From contig OZ059897.1 in assembly GCA_964057225.1 (NCBI GenBank), positions 16,120,001-16,184,000 of the forward strand: a stretch of 64,000 nt of DNA. The letters run 5' to 3'. Shown here one piece after another: positions 38,628-51,476 of the stretch. How positions within the stretch are numbered: position 1 is the first letter of the stretch; every line of letters starts with the position of its first letter. The translations under genes and the position numbers were made by a program. The notes under the pieces were generated by a model. The model did not search any database, was not told the origin of the DNA, and saw nothing but the letters and a program-made list of their open reading frames with translations. Origin of the DNA: Auanema rhodensis (lineage: Eukaryota > Animalia > Nematoda).

Positions 38628-41600
38628 TGAGCACTAATAAACAATACTTTCAATATATGTCTTTCGTTTGGGCCTCTTGTCATTTTCTTGGGCACGATCT
38701 CAACACCTCGTCTTCCGCACTCTCACTTTCTTTCTTTTTCTTTTCTTAGTCTTTATCTTTATATACATATATCTCTATCTTATCTATAGCTCTCTTCTAA
38801 ATCCTTCTCTTATATCTAATGGTTTGACTTCTGTGAAGAGAAGAAGGCTAAGGAAATGTTGCATTTCAGCTTTAAGATAGCTTTTCGCTTTGTCTGCTCG
38901 TCTCCCATTCTCTTCATCTGACAAGTAGTCTCGTCCTGATGGCACCAAGTCATTTGGCAGCTGTCCAAAGAAGTTCACAACAATTGTTCTCAGGTTCCAA
39001 TAAGATTTGTTTTAAGTCCAGACCTGGGCGACCATTATAGAGCATATCATCTAAGTTTCATTTCTTCTTGATGTCGCCTTTCCTGAGTCACATATTGCTT
39101 TCAAACTTGAAGTCTTCATAAATTCTAATCATTCAAACATTTTCTATAGTTTACTGATTGCGATGTTTTCTCTATTACAACACCAAATTAAAATCTTTAA
39201 TTTTTTTTGAAATCAATTTCTTAATTTCTGAAAAATATTTCACGAATGTTGCCCTGTTTTTATTTTTTCTAAACGCTGTGCACATTCTCGAAATCTTTCC
39301 TTTTCCCCTCTTGAGATCAACCAAATTTACTTAATATTCCGCTAGAATTCTTTTGGCTTACTCTGAAATTTGAAAAAAATTCATATCGCACATACATGTT
39401 CCTAGTGATTCAGAAGTCTCCCAGACTCCAATGTTAAGGATAAAATTGCCATGTTATCCAACTTAAACTTTCCTGCTTCTATTTCCTCAATCACGTTTTA
39501 TATTGGTTCCCGTTGTGGTATGTGTCTATGTTTATCTGAGCCTAATCAACCACAAGTTCTCGGCTCTTCTGTGGCTGTTGCACATCAGATTTACTTCGTC
39601 GACGTCGTCTTCTGCTTCACCAGCTGTGCTCTCATCCAGGCTTAGTCTCATCGTTGTCTTTTCTTCGCCTTTATTTCCGTTGTCTATCTTGAATCCACAC
39701 TATCTTAGTTTCTGTCGACTGCGTCTTTCATCAATATTCGCTGTGATTCTCCAATTTAAGACACTGATTTCAGTTTAACACGATAATATCATTTTTGGCT
39801 CCTGTTTAAATCTTCTCGTTTGTTTATCTGCATCTGTATGCCTATTGTCTTCAGAAGCTTCAACCCCCTCGTTATATTCATTTTTCCCTTTCTTTGTCTT
39901 TTTGAACTTCTTATAGAAATATAAAAAAGAACTATGTTCTCAATAAGATTCTACAATTTTTATGTTTTCTCATGCTTCCAACTTTGACTAAATCGTATCA
40001 GATCATATGTTTATCATATTTCTTCCCTCAGTTTACATACATATACATATGATAAATAATTCTTGTTTTACAGATTTGAATATATATTTTTGTCTTTGAA
40101 CCCCTTATATAGTAAAAAATTCAAATAGTTTGGAAATATTTGTCTTCGTCATCTATTTATTAAGTTTAATCTTAATTAGTGGTTGTCATTTGAGATATAG
40201 CTATTTGATTCGCCGATATCGATATTAATAAAGTTCGAAGTTGGATGAGTTGAGAAGAATATATATCAAAATATATGGAAATATTATATATTAGATGAGA
40301 ATACTGATTGAGAGAGAATAATATATGTAAGTAAGGGTGAGAGATTTCTAACTTATACTGTAGATAAATGAAAAACGGAAAAATGAAAAAAACGTGAATT
40401 TAAAAAAAAATTAGGAATTTCCACAATCATCTATTATAACAACGACACTTTTCTAACAGATAGCGGATAACGGAGGCTGTCAAATACTAATGGTCATTAA
40501 GAAAAATGTCTGAATCTGCTTTTCTTTCAATAACTCCTCCCCTCAATTTTCATCATCATTTGCACCTTATGCATTCATTTGCTCGTTTATCTTTATCTCT
40601 TTTCTTTACATTTCACGTTACTATATTTCAGAGTTCTCTTCATCTTATTCTCTTACTCTTTCTATCTTTTACTATTCCTCCTTTTTCTCACTCTTTGTAC
40701 CTTAGCATGCCCTTCTCACTCTATTTCTTTTTCTTCTCTTTGTTATCATTCCACCTATTCACGTATTACAATATCACGTGCGGTCAGCTGAATCACAACT
40801 GCTGGCCACCGCTAGATCTACGATGAGAAATTCTGATTTGGGAAGAAGACTAATAGAATTCCACGTTCACTATGTTTATTTATTTCTTGTCATCTTCCGT
40901 TTTTTTTAATACTATGTCCCATCATTGTCAAGTTATGTTGTTGTACTTCTCTTCTTTTCAATATTTGAAGTTTTCAATTTCGGATCAATTTAATTTTGGT
41001 TAAGTTGAATTTGCACAAAATGTATAGATAGAGTTTCTCCATCTTCGTAAGGTTCATCAGCTCTTCATGGATTAAATGAAGAAAAAGGCGATAAAACTTC
41101 AAGAAAAAAGAAAAAAGTGAAAAGAGAGAACTGCGATGTGAGGGAGAAAATGACAACTATCTTGCTTGAAGCAATTAAACGCACATGTTAAAGTCTTCCA
41201 ATGATTAGTGAATTGAACTTGCTATCAATTCCTCACCTTGATCCATATACATAATACCAAGCTTCCAGCTTTCTTACATATTCTATGAGTCTATTCTATT
41301 TATAATTCTCTCAGCTCCATATGGCAAATTCATTTTTTTCTTTTTCCTCATTAACCTCTTATTCAACCTCTTCGACTTCTTACACTGCCATTACATAAAG
41401 TCAGCTAGTCAAGAGAAGCAATCGATTAATTGGAAACACATCATAGTCGTTAAGATCAAAACTTCTTCTTTCTAGCCAAATTTCACTTTACCATCTTGAT
41501 CAACCTACTCGTTATCCTGGTTATCTTTTAAATTTCTTTGTAAGCTGTACATTGCTCTCCCAGCTCTTTCTTTATTTTTCTGTGTTCGTTGAGTTATTTT

Positions 41601-42411
41601 GTTCAACAGAAGCTCATCATAACTTCATATGAATTTGTGCTCTCGTTGAACCAATACAACACAGATATTAACTTCTATTGTTCATGTTAGCGATTTTCTA
41701 ATTTCTTTTTAGAACTCTGAAGTAATCCATCATGTTTTAACGTTTAACAACCAATACACGGATCAGATAGTCGTCATCTTTGTGAGAGAAAAAAGATCTT
41801 AGTGAAATGAGAGAACAGAAAACTTTGAGTTAAGTGAGCACAATGAGTGAAGAATGGATGAATAAGACAGCTAAGAACGAGAGAAATAAGTATGGTTTTG
41901 AGAGAAAAATAGATAGATATAAAGAAACAGAAACTGACAGAGAGAGGTGAAAGAGAGAGTTGGCTACAGAAAGATGGAGAGGGGGTGAGATGAAAGGAAA
42001 AGAACTCATAAGAAAAGTAAGATTCATAGCTTGTCTAAACTATTTTATTTACATCAATAATAATGCTTTTACACAAAATATGATTCGTCTCATTCAATTC
42101 TCCTTTTCCAAAATCTCATCTTATTCTTTATCTGCTCACTTGTTTTATTGCGTTATCATCATGTTAATTTCAATTTTTCTTCCGTATACAGTCTTAAAAT
42201 TTCTTTTGCTCTTACAGGAAGAAGACATACCGTCATACACGGCCCAAATACAACAACAGTACGACTACGTTGAGGAAAACACCGAAAGAATCTATCGTGG
42301 ATCATCCATCGATAATCCGATTCTTTGGCTATCTCCTTCCTTTTTTTCTAACTGTGTACTGGGGTGAAGTTCCTCACGTAGGGGCTTACTCTGGCCCAGA
42401 AAAAGCCATCT

Positions 42412-45400
42412 ATGGCTGCCCGAGAACGTACAGTAACCGTTCTAGCTATTCTTTTCTTCCTAATCTCTATAGCGTTATTCGTAGCATTTGTATATTTATA
42501 TAATAGTAAAAAAGAGCCTGATGTATGCATGACACCTGGATGTATAAGAACAGGTAGATTATTTTGGATATTAATACTAAATATAATTATTTATTAATTT
42601 TGAAATGATATAATCAAAATAACTATGTATGAATCAAAACATTTATTTTTATACTTTTTAGCATCAGTTATTTTATCGTCTATGAATGCAACAGTTGATC
42701 CATGTATAGATTTCTACGAGTATGCATGCGGGCTATGGATAAAGGTTTTTATATAAATATAATTTTAAATTTTATAATCTTTCATATTTATTACATTTTT
42801 TTAAAATTTAACATATGCTGCTCTTTTAGGGACATCCTATTCCGGACGATGCTCCTAGTGTTTCAAATTTCGAAAATTTATCACAAGATCTAGAGTTTGC
42901 TCTTAAAGGTATAAAATATTAAGAAATATTTTTGGATCGTTTGGAAATAAAAATCTGTTTTTAGAACTTTTGGAAGAAAAAATAGGTCGCGAAGAAGCAT
43001 ACGACTATGAAACCAGCGCTATTGGAAAAGCCAAATACTTTTATAAATTGTGCCTGAATGAAAGTAAGTTGAAATCCAAATATTATTTATTGTGAATATA
43101 TAAAAGTCTTTAAAATTTAAAAGATAATGTTATTTGATCAACATATCCGATAATGTCTTCCATCTGTTTATTTTTCAAAATGAAATTACATGAAGCATAT
43201 TTTATGTATAATTCAAATTGATGAGATTAAAGCAGATGGAAAAAAAGAAAAGAGAAGAAATTCAGGAAGAAGATAAAGTTAAAGAAGCAGAAGAAAGATT
43301 CTTATTGTAATATTCGAATTTGTTCTTCTGATGATGGATGAGATATTGGGAATTTGTTGAGCCCAAACAACTGCGTAGACATCTGATATGATTATCTTTA
43401 TCAATGTATTTTTTTTTTGTTTTGAAAATATTAAAATTTTTTTAGAGAGTAAAAATATTAAAACTAATATATTAGAAAGAAAGAAATTCTTTCTTTATTT
43501 TAGCTTAAATTTAATTCAGAAAAGCATTATTCTATATCATATTAACGAATTTCGAAGTTTGCTGGAGTGACAGAATTATGATGACGCCATTACGTTCAAC
43601 ACTAAATTTCTTCCGTTTCTTTCATCATCAATATCATCTGACTTCCAGACGTTTCAATCAAACCAAAAATTTTTTAAATTTCATCTTATGTCTAGACGTC
43701 TCTATTCTCTCATAACCAAAAGTTTAAATTTTTTATTTTAAGAAACAGGAAACGACTGGAATATTTGAGCAGAGATTATTGAAGTTATGAAAATTTAAGA
43801 TAAGCAAGGGAGACTGTACTAGAACATTGGGGGGGGGGGCATCCAAAATATCGGTTCAATATATCAAAAACATATTCGAATCTTACACGATATACACTTT
43901 CAACCTTCCTGATTATATTTATATATAAAAAGAAAACATTTTACAAATTAAATTCTGCATATTTGAGGTGAAATTTTTGATAACTGGAGAGAAACATTTG
44001 ACGAAGTTATCAAATCATTTGGAGGATGGCCAAGCTTGGGTCACCATATGAATCCAACTACTATATCCATCGAACGATTATACGGTAGGTCCTTCTTAAA
44101 GTGATCTATGATTTATCATTTTTTACTAATAATCATTTATAGGAGATATGGTGTCAAAGTTCCGAGCGGATTCTCTATTCAAAGCTACAGTCCAGCCAGA
44201 CGATAAGAACTCAGAACGTCATATTCTTCTTGTGAGTTAAAATAATAAAAATGAAATAAATGAAAATAATGAATTTCAGATTGATCAACCAGCTTTGAAT
44301 CTGTTTGCGCGAGACTTCTATGTTCTTGCTGAAACTGAAGAACGTTTGGCATATTTGACATTGATTAGGTAAGTTAGTCATATACATATATAAATAACTA
44401 AACTAAATATATAATTTAATATAATTTTCAAAATATTAGATATTTTAACATAAAAATAAATATATAAATATATATTAGAATATTGAGTAATAAAGTGTTA
44501 TATACATATTTTGCTTATTAACAAAATAAAAATAAGATTTGATTGTTCAAGGCTTATTCTTATCATAATATTTTCTTTTAATAAATTAAAATAAATTATT
44601 TTCAGAGATGTCCTTGTTCTTCTCAATCCAAATCTTACGAATGCTCGTGCTATGAGAGACGCTGAAGAAATAATTGATTTTGAGACAGCTTTAGCAAATG
44701 TAGGTATCATACATAAGTATATGAGATATATTTTTAGTTAGATACTACTGTATTGAATTAGTTATTGATATATATTTATAGCTATTCTATTCTATAATAA
44801 ATGTATATTATATTATATATTTTAGATTACAATGGCTGACGAACAACGTCATGACATTGCTGAACTGTATGCTAAGATGACTTTGGGGGACATGAGAAAT
44901 CAACTTCGTAACTTCGATTGGCTTTTATTCTTTAATCATGTATTCAAAGATATAAAAAATAAGGTATTTAGCACGTATAATTTAAAAAAAAAGGAAAAAA
45001 AGTAATGTTCAGGATGGAAGCCCAATTGTTTTCAATGAAAGTACTCAGGTTGTTGTATATGGTGTTGAATTCTTACGTCGTCTTGATCAACTTCTTCCTC
45101 GATACAACAAACAGCAAGTCTATTTCTCATTTTTCTTTTTTTGGAGTTTCTTTGATTTTTTTATGTTCTGAAAACAAATAGCCTAATACGAATCCAACCA
45201 AAAGTTTCAGCTGATAGTTGAACAACTTCTATAAAAAGTTTTAATTAATTTTTCTTGTTTAGGCGTGTTGTCAACTATTTGGAATGGTGTTGGTTCTTTA
45301 AGACAATGCTTCGTGATTTACCAGATCCTTTCGCTTTGACCATTTTTAAATTTTATAAAACTTTAAATCGTAAGTATATTTATTCTTTCTTTCAAATTCT

Positions 45401-48377
45401 CATATCCATTCTTTTCAAATTTTATTGAAATACTTACGTGTTATTAGAAATATTTTCTTTGGAAACCATACAAATAGATAAACATCATTATATTTTGTTA
45501 TATCAATGGAAACTTTATTGGATACAATATGGATTTTTAATCTTTTTCTTTTTTTAATTAAATTTTTTTCAAAATAAAATAAAGAAAAGTGTAGATCGCA
45601 ATTAATTTTTTATATATTTTAGTTATGAATGTTCAAAAGGTGAGATGGCATGGATGTGTTACACGAATCAACTCTTTAATGCCAATGGCAACTTCATCAA
45701 TCTATGTTCAACATCATTTTGATCATGAAGCTAAACAACAGGTTTATTTATTCTTTGTGAATATAATTAACTAATACTATATGTATTCTTTCATAGGTTG
45801 AAGAAATGATTTCATTGATTATGGAAGCTTTTGTCGATTTATTAGTATCAGAAGATTGGTTAACAGCTGAAACCAAAGAATATGCTAAGCAGAAAGTTCA
45901 TACAATGAAACAGAAAATTGGATATCCCGATTATTTGAATGACTCAGCTGCAGTAGATCGAGAATATGGATCATTCAAGGTTCATATTCAATTATTTTTT
46001 ATTTATTTCTTCTTTTATTATTTTTAGGTTTATCCAGGTGGTTATTATAAAACAAAATTCCATTTCTACGAACAATATCAACGTGATGTGTTGGAACGTA
46101 TTTCTCAGCCTGTTGATCGTGAAAGGTATTACTAAAGAGTAAAGTTTTCAAAGTTCAAAATTTAAATAAAATGTATAAAATGTATGAGTATAGCAAATTG
46201 TGAATAATGAATGTCCAAATTTCATTTCAAAAGCTGACATTTGTAGAATCAATATCCCAAAAAGAAATATATTCAAATTGGTTCCACGAATAGACTAAGG
46301 TTTAAGACTATTTTCTTTTCTTTTAATTCTATTAAACTTCGGATCATCTCTAGAATACATAACAATTTTTCTACTTTTTATATTTGATAAACACTATTTA
46401 TAACAATATTTTTTCAAAAAAAAAGAAAGAATGTTTGAAATTTAAAAATTTGAAGCTGTAGATTCAGTTTGTACTTTATTATTTTGATTTCCTTTTTTTC
46501 TGAAAAAAAAAGGATTTTAAAATGAGACAAATTTATACTTATCATAGTATTTTTGAAGTAATTTACTAGAAGTAATATCAAATATCCTTATATAATTGGT
46601 TAAATTACTTAATGAGGAGCTTAAGTTCTTCAACATAAACTATGAAATGAAACTTATTAAGATTCTTGACCATTTCAAGAATCACACAATTGATCATTAT
46701 TCAATCTTTCACCTATTTTTGGCTATTATTTATAAATATTCACTTATATAAACGAGAAAGAATAATTAAACGATTCTTATAAAATGAATGTAGGAGTATA
46801 CGTATGAATCAAAAAAAAAAGAAAAAAAGAAAAATCAACGAGTCAACATTTTTAAAATTTATTTTCATCATCGTATTCATACTGTTTTTTTTCGATTTCT
46901 ATGCTTTATTGTTATAATGGTTGTTAGCAAATTAAAATATACAAACTATATACAATCTATAATTTCAGATATTTAAAAAAAAAGTTTTTGCGACTAAACA
47001 AGAGGGCATACATTTGAAAATCTGGATGAATACACAATGTAGATGTTGTACAACAGATAATTTTTTCCATGCGTAAAATTAATTTGAAAATTGAAGTGTG
47101 AAGCAGAAAAAATATTTTGTATAGAAGATGAGAAAATGAAAAATCACAATATAATAACTACAAAACTACGAAAATTATGACAGCAAAAGTAGATTTTGAT
47201 CGTTGTAATCATGTGCTTCTTTAATTATTTCAGAAAATGAAACCTTTGATTTGAAATAATTTTAATTTTGCAGATGGGTGGCTGGAGCTGCTTTGGTAAA
47301 TGCTTTTTATAGTCCAAATACCAATGAAATTAGTTAGTTTTTTTGTTTAATATAATGATCAGAAACCAAGAACTTTGTAGTTTTCCCTGCCGGCATTTTA
47401 CAACCTGTCTTCTACAGCAAAGATTTTCCATCTTCAATGAACTTTGGAGGTATTGGTGTTGTCATTGGACATGAAATAACTCACGGATTTGATGATAGAG
47501 GTATCACATTAGAATTATAATTCATTATAAGAGATGATCCTGTCTATTTTGAAAAAATATATTTTTCAGGTCGTCTTTATGATAATTTGGGTAATATTCG
47601 TCAGTGGTGGGATAATGTGACGATTGCCAAGTTTGAAGAGAAGGTTTGATTTTTTACTTTTCTTTCTTAAGACCCACGTTTTTACTAAAAAAACAAAAAA
47701 TAACGTGTTCAGGCTGAATGCATTGAAAAACAATACAGTGAATATCTATTAGAACAAATAGCTATGAAGATTAATGGACGAAGTACTAAAGGAGAGAATA
47801 TTGCTGATAATGGAGGATTGAAACAAGCTTACAAGTACATTGTTTTAATTAGAAAATTTTCATAAAAATACAAAGTTTAGAGCTTATAAAAAATACGAAA
47901 ATTTACATCCAATACCACCTTCATTGCCAGGAGTAAATCTCACACATGATCAGCTGTTCTTCTTGAATTATGCTCAGGTATACATGCTTTCATAATTTGC
48001 TAATATTCGTTAAAAATTATTTTTTATAATATATATATATATATATCTGTATTTTTCAGATTTGGTGTGGAACTATGAACGATAAAGAAGCTGTCCGTAA
48101 ATTGCGTACTTCTGAACATTCACCTGGACCTATTAGGTATAACAACATTCCTGTTTTTCATTTCTTTTATACTAATGAGATAATATATAATATGTGAATA
48201 AGATATAAAACAAAACAATTCAGTTATATATTCATACATCAATAGTATATAGATATACCTGACAATCTTTTTTTCAGAGTCAAAGGTCCATTGTCTAATT
48301 CAAAAGATTTTGCTAAAGCTTACAACTGCCCTGTTGGCTCTCCTATGAATCCCAAAGATAAATGCCGTGTATGGTAG
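42412..48377 (+). CDS. nep-2: Neprilysin (M13 zinc metallopeptidase), type II membrane protein
   Basis: N-terminal TM, then [25 protein letters not shown], the HExxH motif [23 protein letters not shown] and C-terminal KCRVW-TAG at 48377. Long stretches match recalled C. elegans NEP-2 ([39 protein letters not shown]). The N-terminus is uncertain. Confidence 0.95.
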
Positions 48378-49707
48378 TAAAGAAGAAGAAAAAAACTCTA
48401 TTTTCATATAATCTATATGAGAAGAAGTAATATTAATTTTAATTTCAGATAAAGAGAAATAATTTCTTTTTTTTTAATTCTAAAGTGTTAAATGCCAATA
48501 AATCAATTGATGTTAAAATTTGAAGGTTTTGTTTAAATTATACATCATACTCAGTATGACCTTCTTCCTTTACCTTTTTTGCTATCTCTAATACTCTCTT
48601 TAGTTATTCTTTTTCTCGCTCTCTCTCTCTCTTCTAATTCAATGAATTCTTTCTCGTATTGTTGCTTTCATTTTTATTTTAAAAGCTTTATTTTTATTTT
48701 TTTTTGAAGAAAAATATTTAAAAATTCGACAGAATTCAACACATTATTCGCCACTCTTTTGATGTATTCCGTTCCTTTTGTGTTAAAGATCTGTACAGTC
48801 CAGAATTGAGTTAATTGTATTTCTTATCTGAATGTCTTCATTTCTTCTTATAATATAATTAAGTTCTGAAATTTTAAAAACATGTAGAAATTATGTTTTT
48901 TTATACGTTTGCTAGTACATAAAGATATTTATGTTGTTTGCTTTCAAAATATTTTTTTCTGCTTATTAAACATGAATATTTTCTTGGTATACATGCATAC
49001 ACACACATACAAATGCATATGTTTTCTGTACTTTCATACATAAAAGAACTAATAATTATATAGAATATACTATAATAATATTCTGACCTTTAACTATTAC
49101 TTCCCAAATACTTGAATATTCTCTTATAATATCCTATTTTAGAATTTGTTAAACAAAACTCTTGGTCCACTTTTTCCGTTTTTCATAAATTAAAATATTA
49201 ACTTCCGAGAAAAATTGTTGGTTTTACAAAAATTGAAAAAAAAAACGGCGTCCTTTTGAAATTCGGACAAGTTTTAATAAAATATGAGATCTAGTCTTTA
49301 AGCCTTGTATGTTTAGTTGTTATGACATCTCAACAAATGAATTTTCTTGACTGAAGATTCTTTCTAAGATTTACATTTTTTACTTTTTTTTGTTGTAACT
49401 ATATAAAAACATATATGTCGATATTTACGTATATGTATATAAATATAGTAATTCAAGTAACTTTGAGAAATATTTTGAATTATCTAAAGAATGTCTTACT
49501 TAAGGAAATGCTGAAGTTAGCTTTTCTCAACAAGAAAAATGAATACAATGAAACATTGTATAACGAACGATATTCTTTGAATAGAACTCACAGCTGATTC
49601 TAAAAATCAGCTAAACAAATATTTTCTAAATAATTCATTAACCAATTTGCTTTCTGAAAGACATTTGTACGTAAATATGCATATATGTATATATGTTAGC
49701 ATACCTC

Positions 49708-49776
49708 TATATATTATACTATATAGTATATATATATATATATATATATATAGTATATAGTATATAGTATATATAC
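49708..49776. repeat. (TA)n / TATATAG compound microsatellite
   Basis: TA run flanked by TAGTATA units; another TA run lies at about 50016-50056. Confidence 0.85.
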
Positions 49777-50011
49777 TTTAAATACATATACATATTTACG
49801 TGCACATGTATGTATGGTTGTCTATCAAAAGTATCAACCTCAAACCTACAATTAACAAAGAATTGCTAAATTTTAAAAACTTATTATGTGCTAGCATCCA
49901 ATCGTAGAATATGCTTGTAATTTAGCAAAGATGATTCAGAAGAATGAAGAATACTGCAATGGTGTTTCCGAGTAGATGTGGTAAAAAAAGCTGGGTACGT
50001 ACATACATATA

Positions 50012-50059
<48 letters not shown>

Positions 50060-51476
50060 TAATATTCATAATAAGTAAAATAATTTTAGTTTAAATTCTT
50101 TTTTTGGCTCCGGTTTAGGAGCTGCCACTACCTCCCACCACCCCTTCACGGTGTAATACTTTATAGAAAGTAATTAGATTCCTAATAGATGATATTGTAA
50201 GCAAGATCACCTATATTAACAAAATGAAATAACATTTGTAGAATTAAATTTAAATAAAGATTCGTGTTTAGTAAAGAAATATTATAATGAGAGAAATAGG
50301 CGGAAACTAAGAAAAACTAAAGATGTATTTAGCAAAAGAAAGTACAAACACTGGAAGTTGATTAAGAAAAATGTTCTTGTTAACTGGAACTCACCAGATA
50401 ACAGGAAAGACATTTAAGGTCATAGATAGTTTGGAGGTAAAGAATAAAAAAAATTTAATTGGATTGGTGCGTGCTAACAAAATGAGTTTTCTTGGAGGAA
50501 ATTAAATGCAAAACGAATGAAGATGTGAAAAGCACGTGAATTTATTCAAGTTTGTAGTTCAAGTAAGTTCAAACTTATAAGGAACTATATATTTTATAAT
50601 ATATCAGAAGTTCTGGAATAGTTCTATGTTTCTGAGAAACTGTTTTTTTATGATTCTTCTATATTCCATATCAACGAAACACAAAATACAACCACATTCG
50701 GAGGAAACAAATCATTGTATTTGACGTGCCATACACGCATGGAAACATTAATATTTTGAAAATTATTTCGTAGTGATATACTGAGAATAATTAAATAATT
50801 AATGATTTAATACAAAACCTTGTTACTATCATTTATATATATATATATATAGATATATTCAAATATCTTTTGTACAATCTTCGATCTCTTTTATTTTAAT
50901 TTACATCTCATCATTCTGTTCACATGATGCTTTCTTCATGAATCTAACTAAATATTCATAATTTCTTCTAACATTTTCATTCTCTGTCTTATAATCATAA
51001 TGAGTGTAACTATGCTAATTAAATATATACTATGCTTAAACAACATCATTGTCGATATAATTATTTTAAAAAGAAAATATTCTCATCAATCTTTCCTGCT
51101 ATTTCTTCCTTTATTCTTCAATAAATCTCATTCTCCACGTTCTATCTCAAGTATCCTCGTTATCTTCAAAACTTTGTGTTCTTTGTCCTCTTTTGGTATT
51201 CAGGCTATCCTTATCGTTCTCATAGTAGAAAAGATGGGTGGAGCTTAAATGTCACAGGAGGGGCTTGACTTGTCTCCAATTCAGCTCCGCCTCCTCAAAG
51301 CCTTATTATACTTCCTGCCTGAGGTTCCTTCTAATACTTCATCAGCACCCATACACTCCTTCTCTCCTTTTGATTTATCTATTACTTTTAACTGTGAATA
51401 GATAAAATAACCGGAGTAGGTTGTCTCTCCCTTCTGTCATCTTATTAAATCAGCTGCATTCCTCAAGTTCAGAAAT

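Noticed and set aside
38668-39778. Several 60-90 aa ORFs between the GPCR and nep-2
   Set aside because: No consistent exon chain or recognisable motif; low-complexity composition.
50172-50187. AATTAGATTCCTAATA, resembling the TTX-3/CEH-10 AIY motif, 1.3 kb upstream of the neuropeptide gene
   Set aside because: A degenerate AT-rich match to a consensus recalled from memory; not supportable without a matrix scan.
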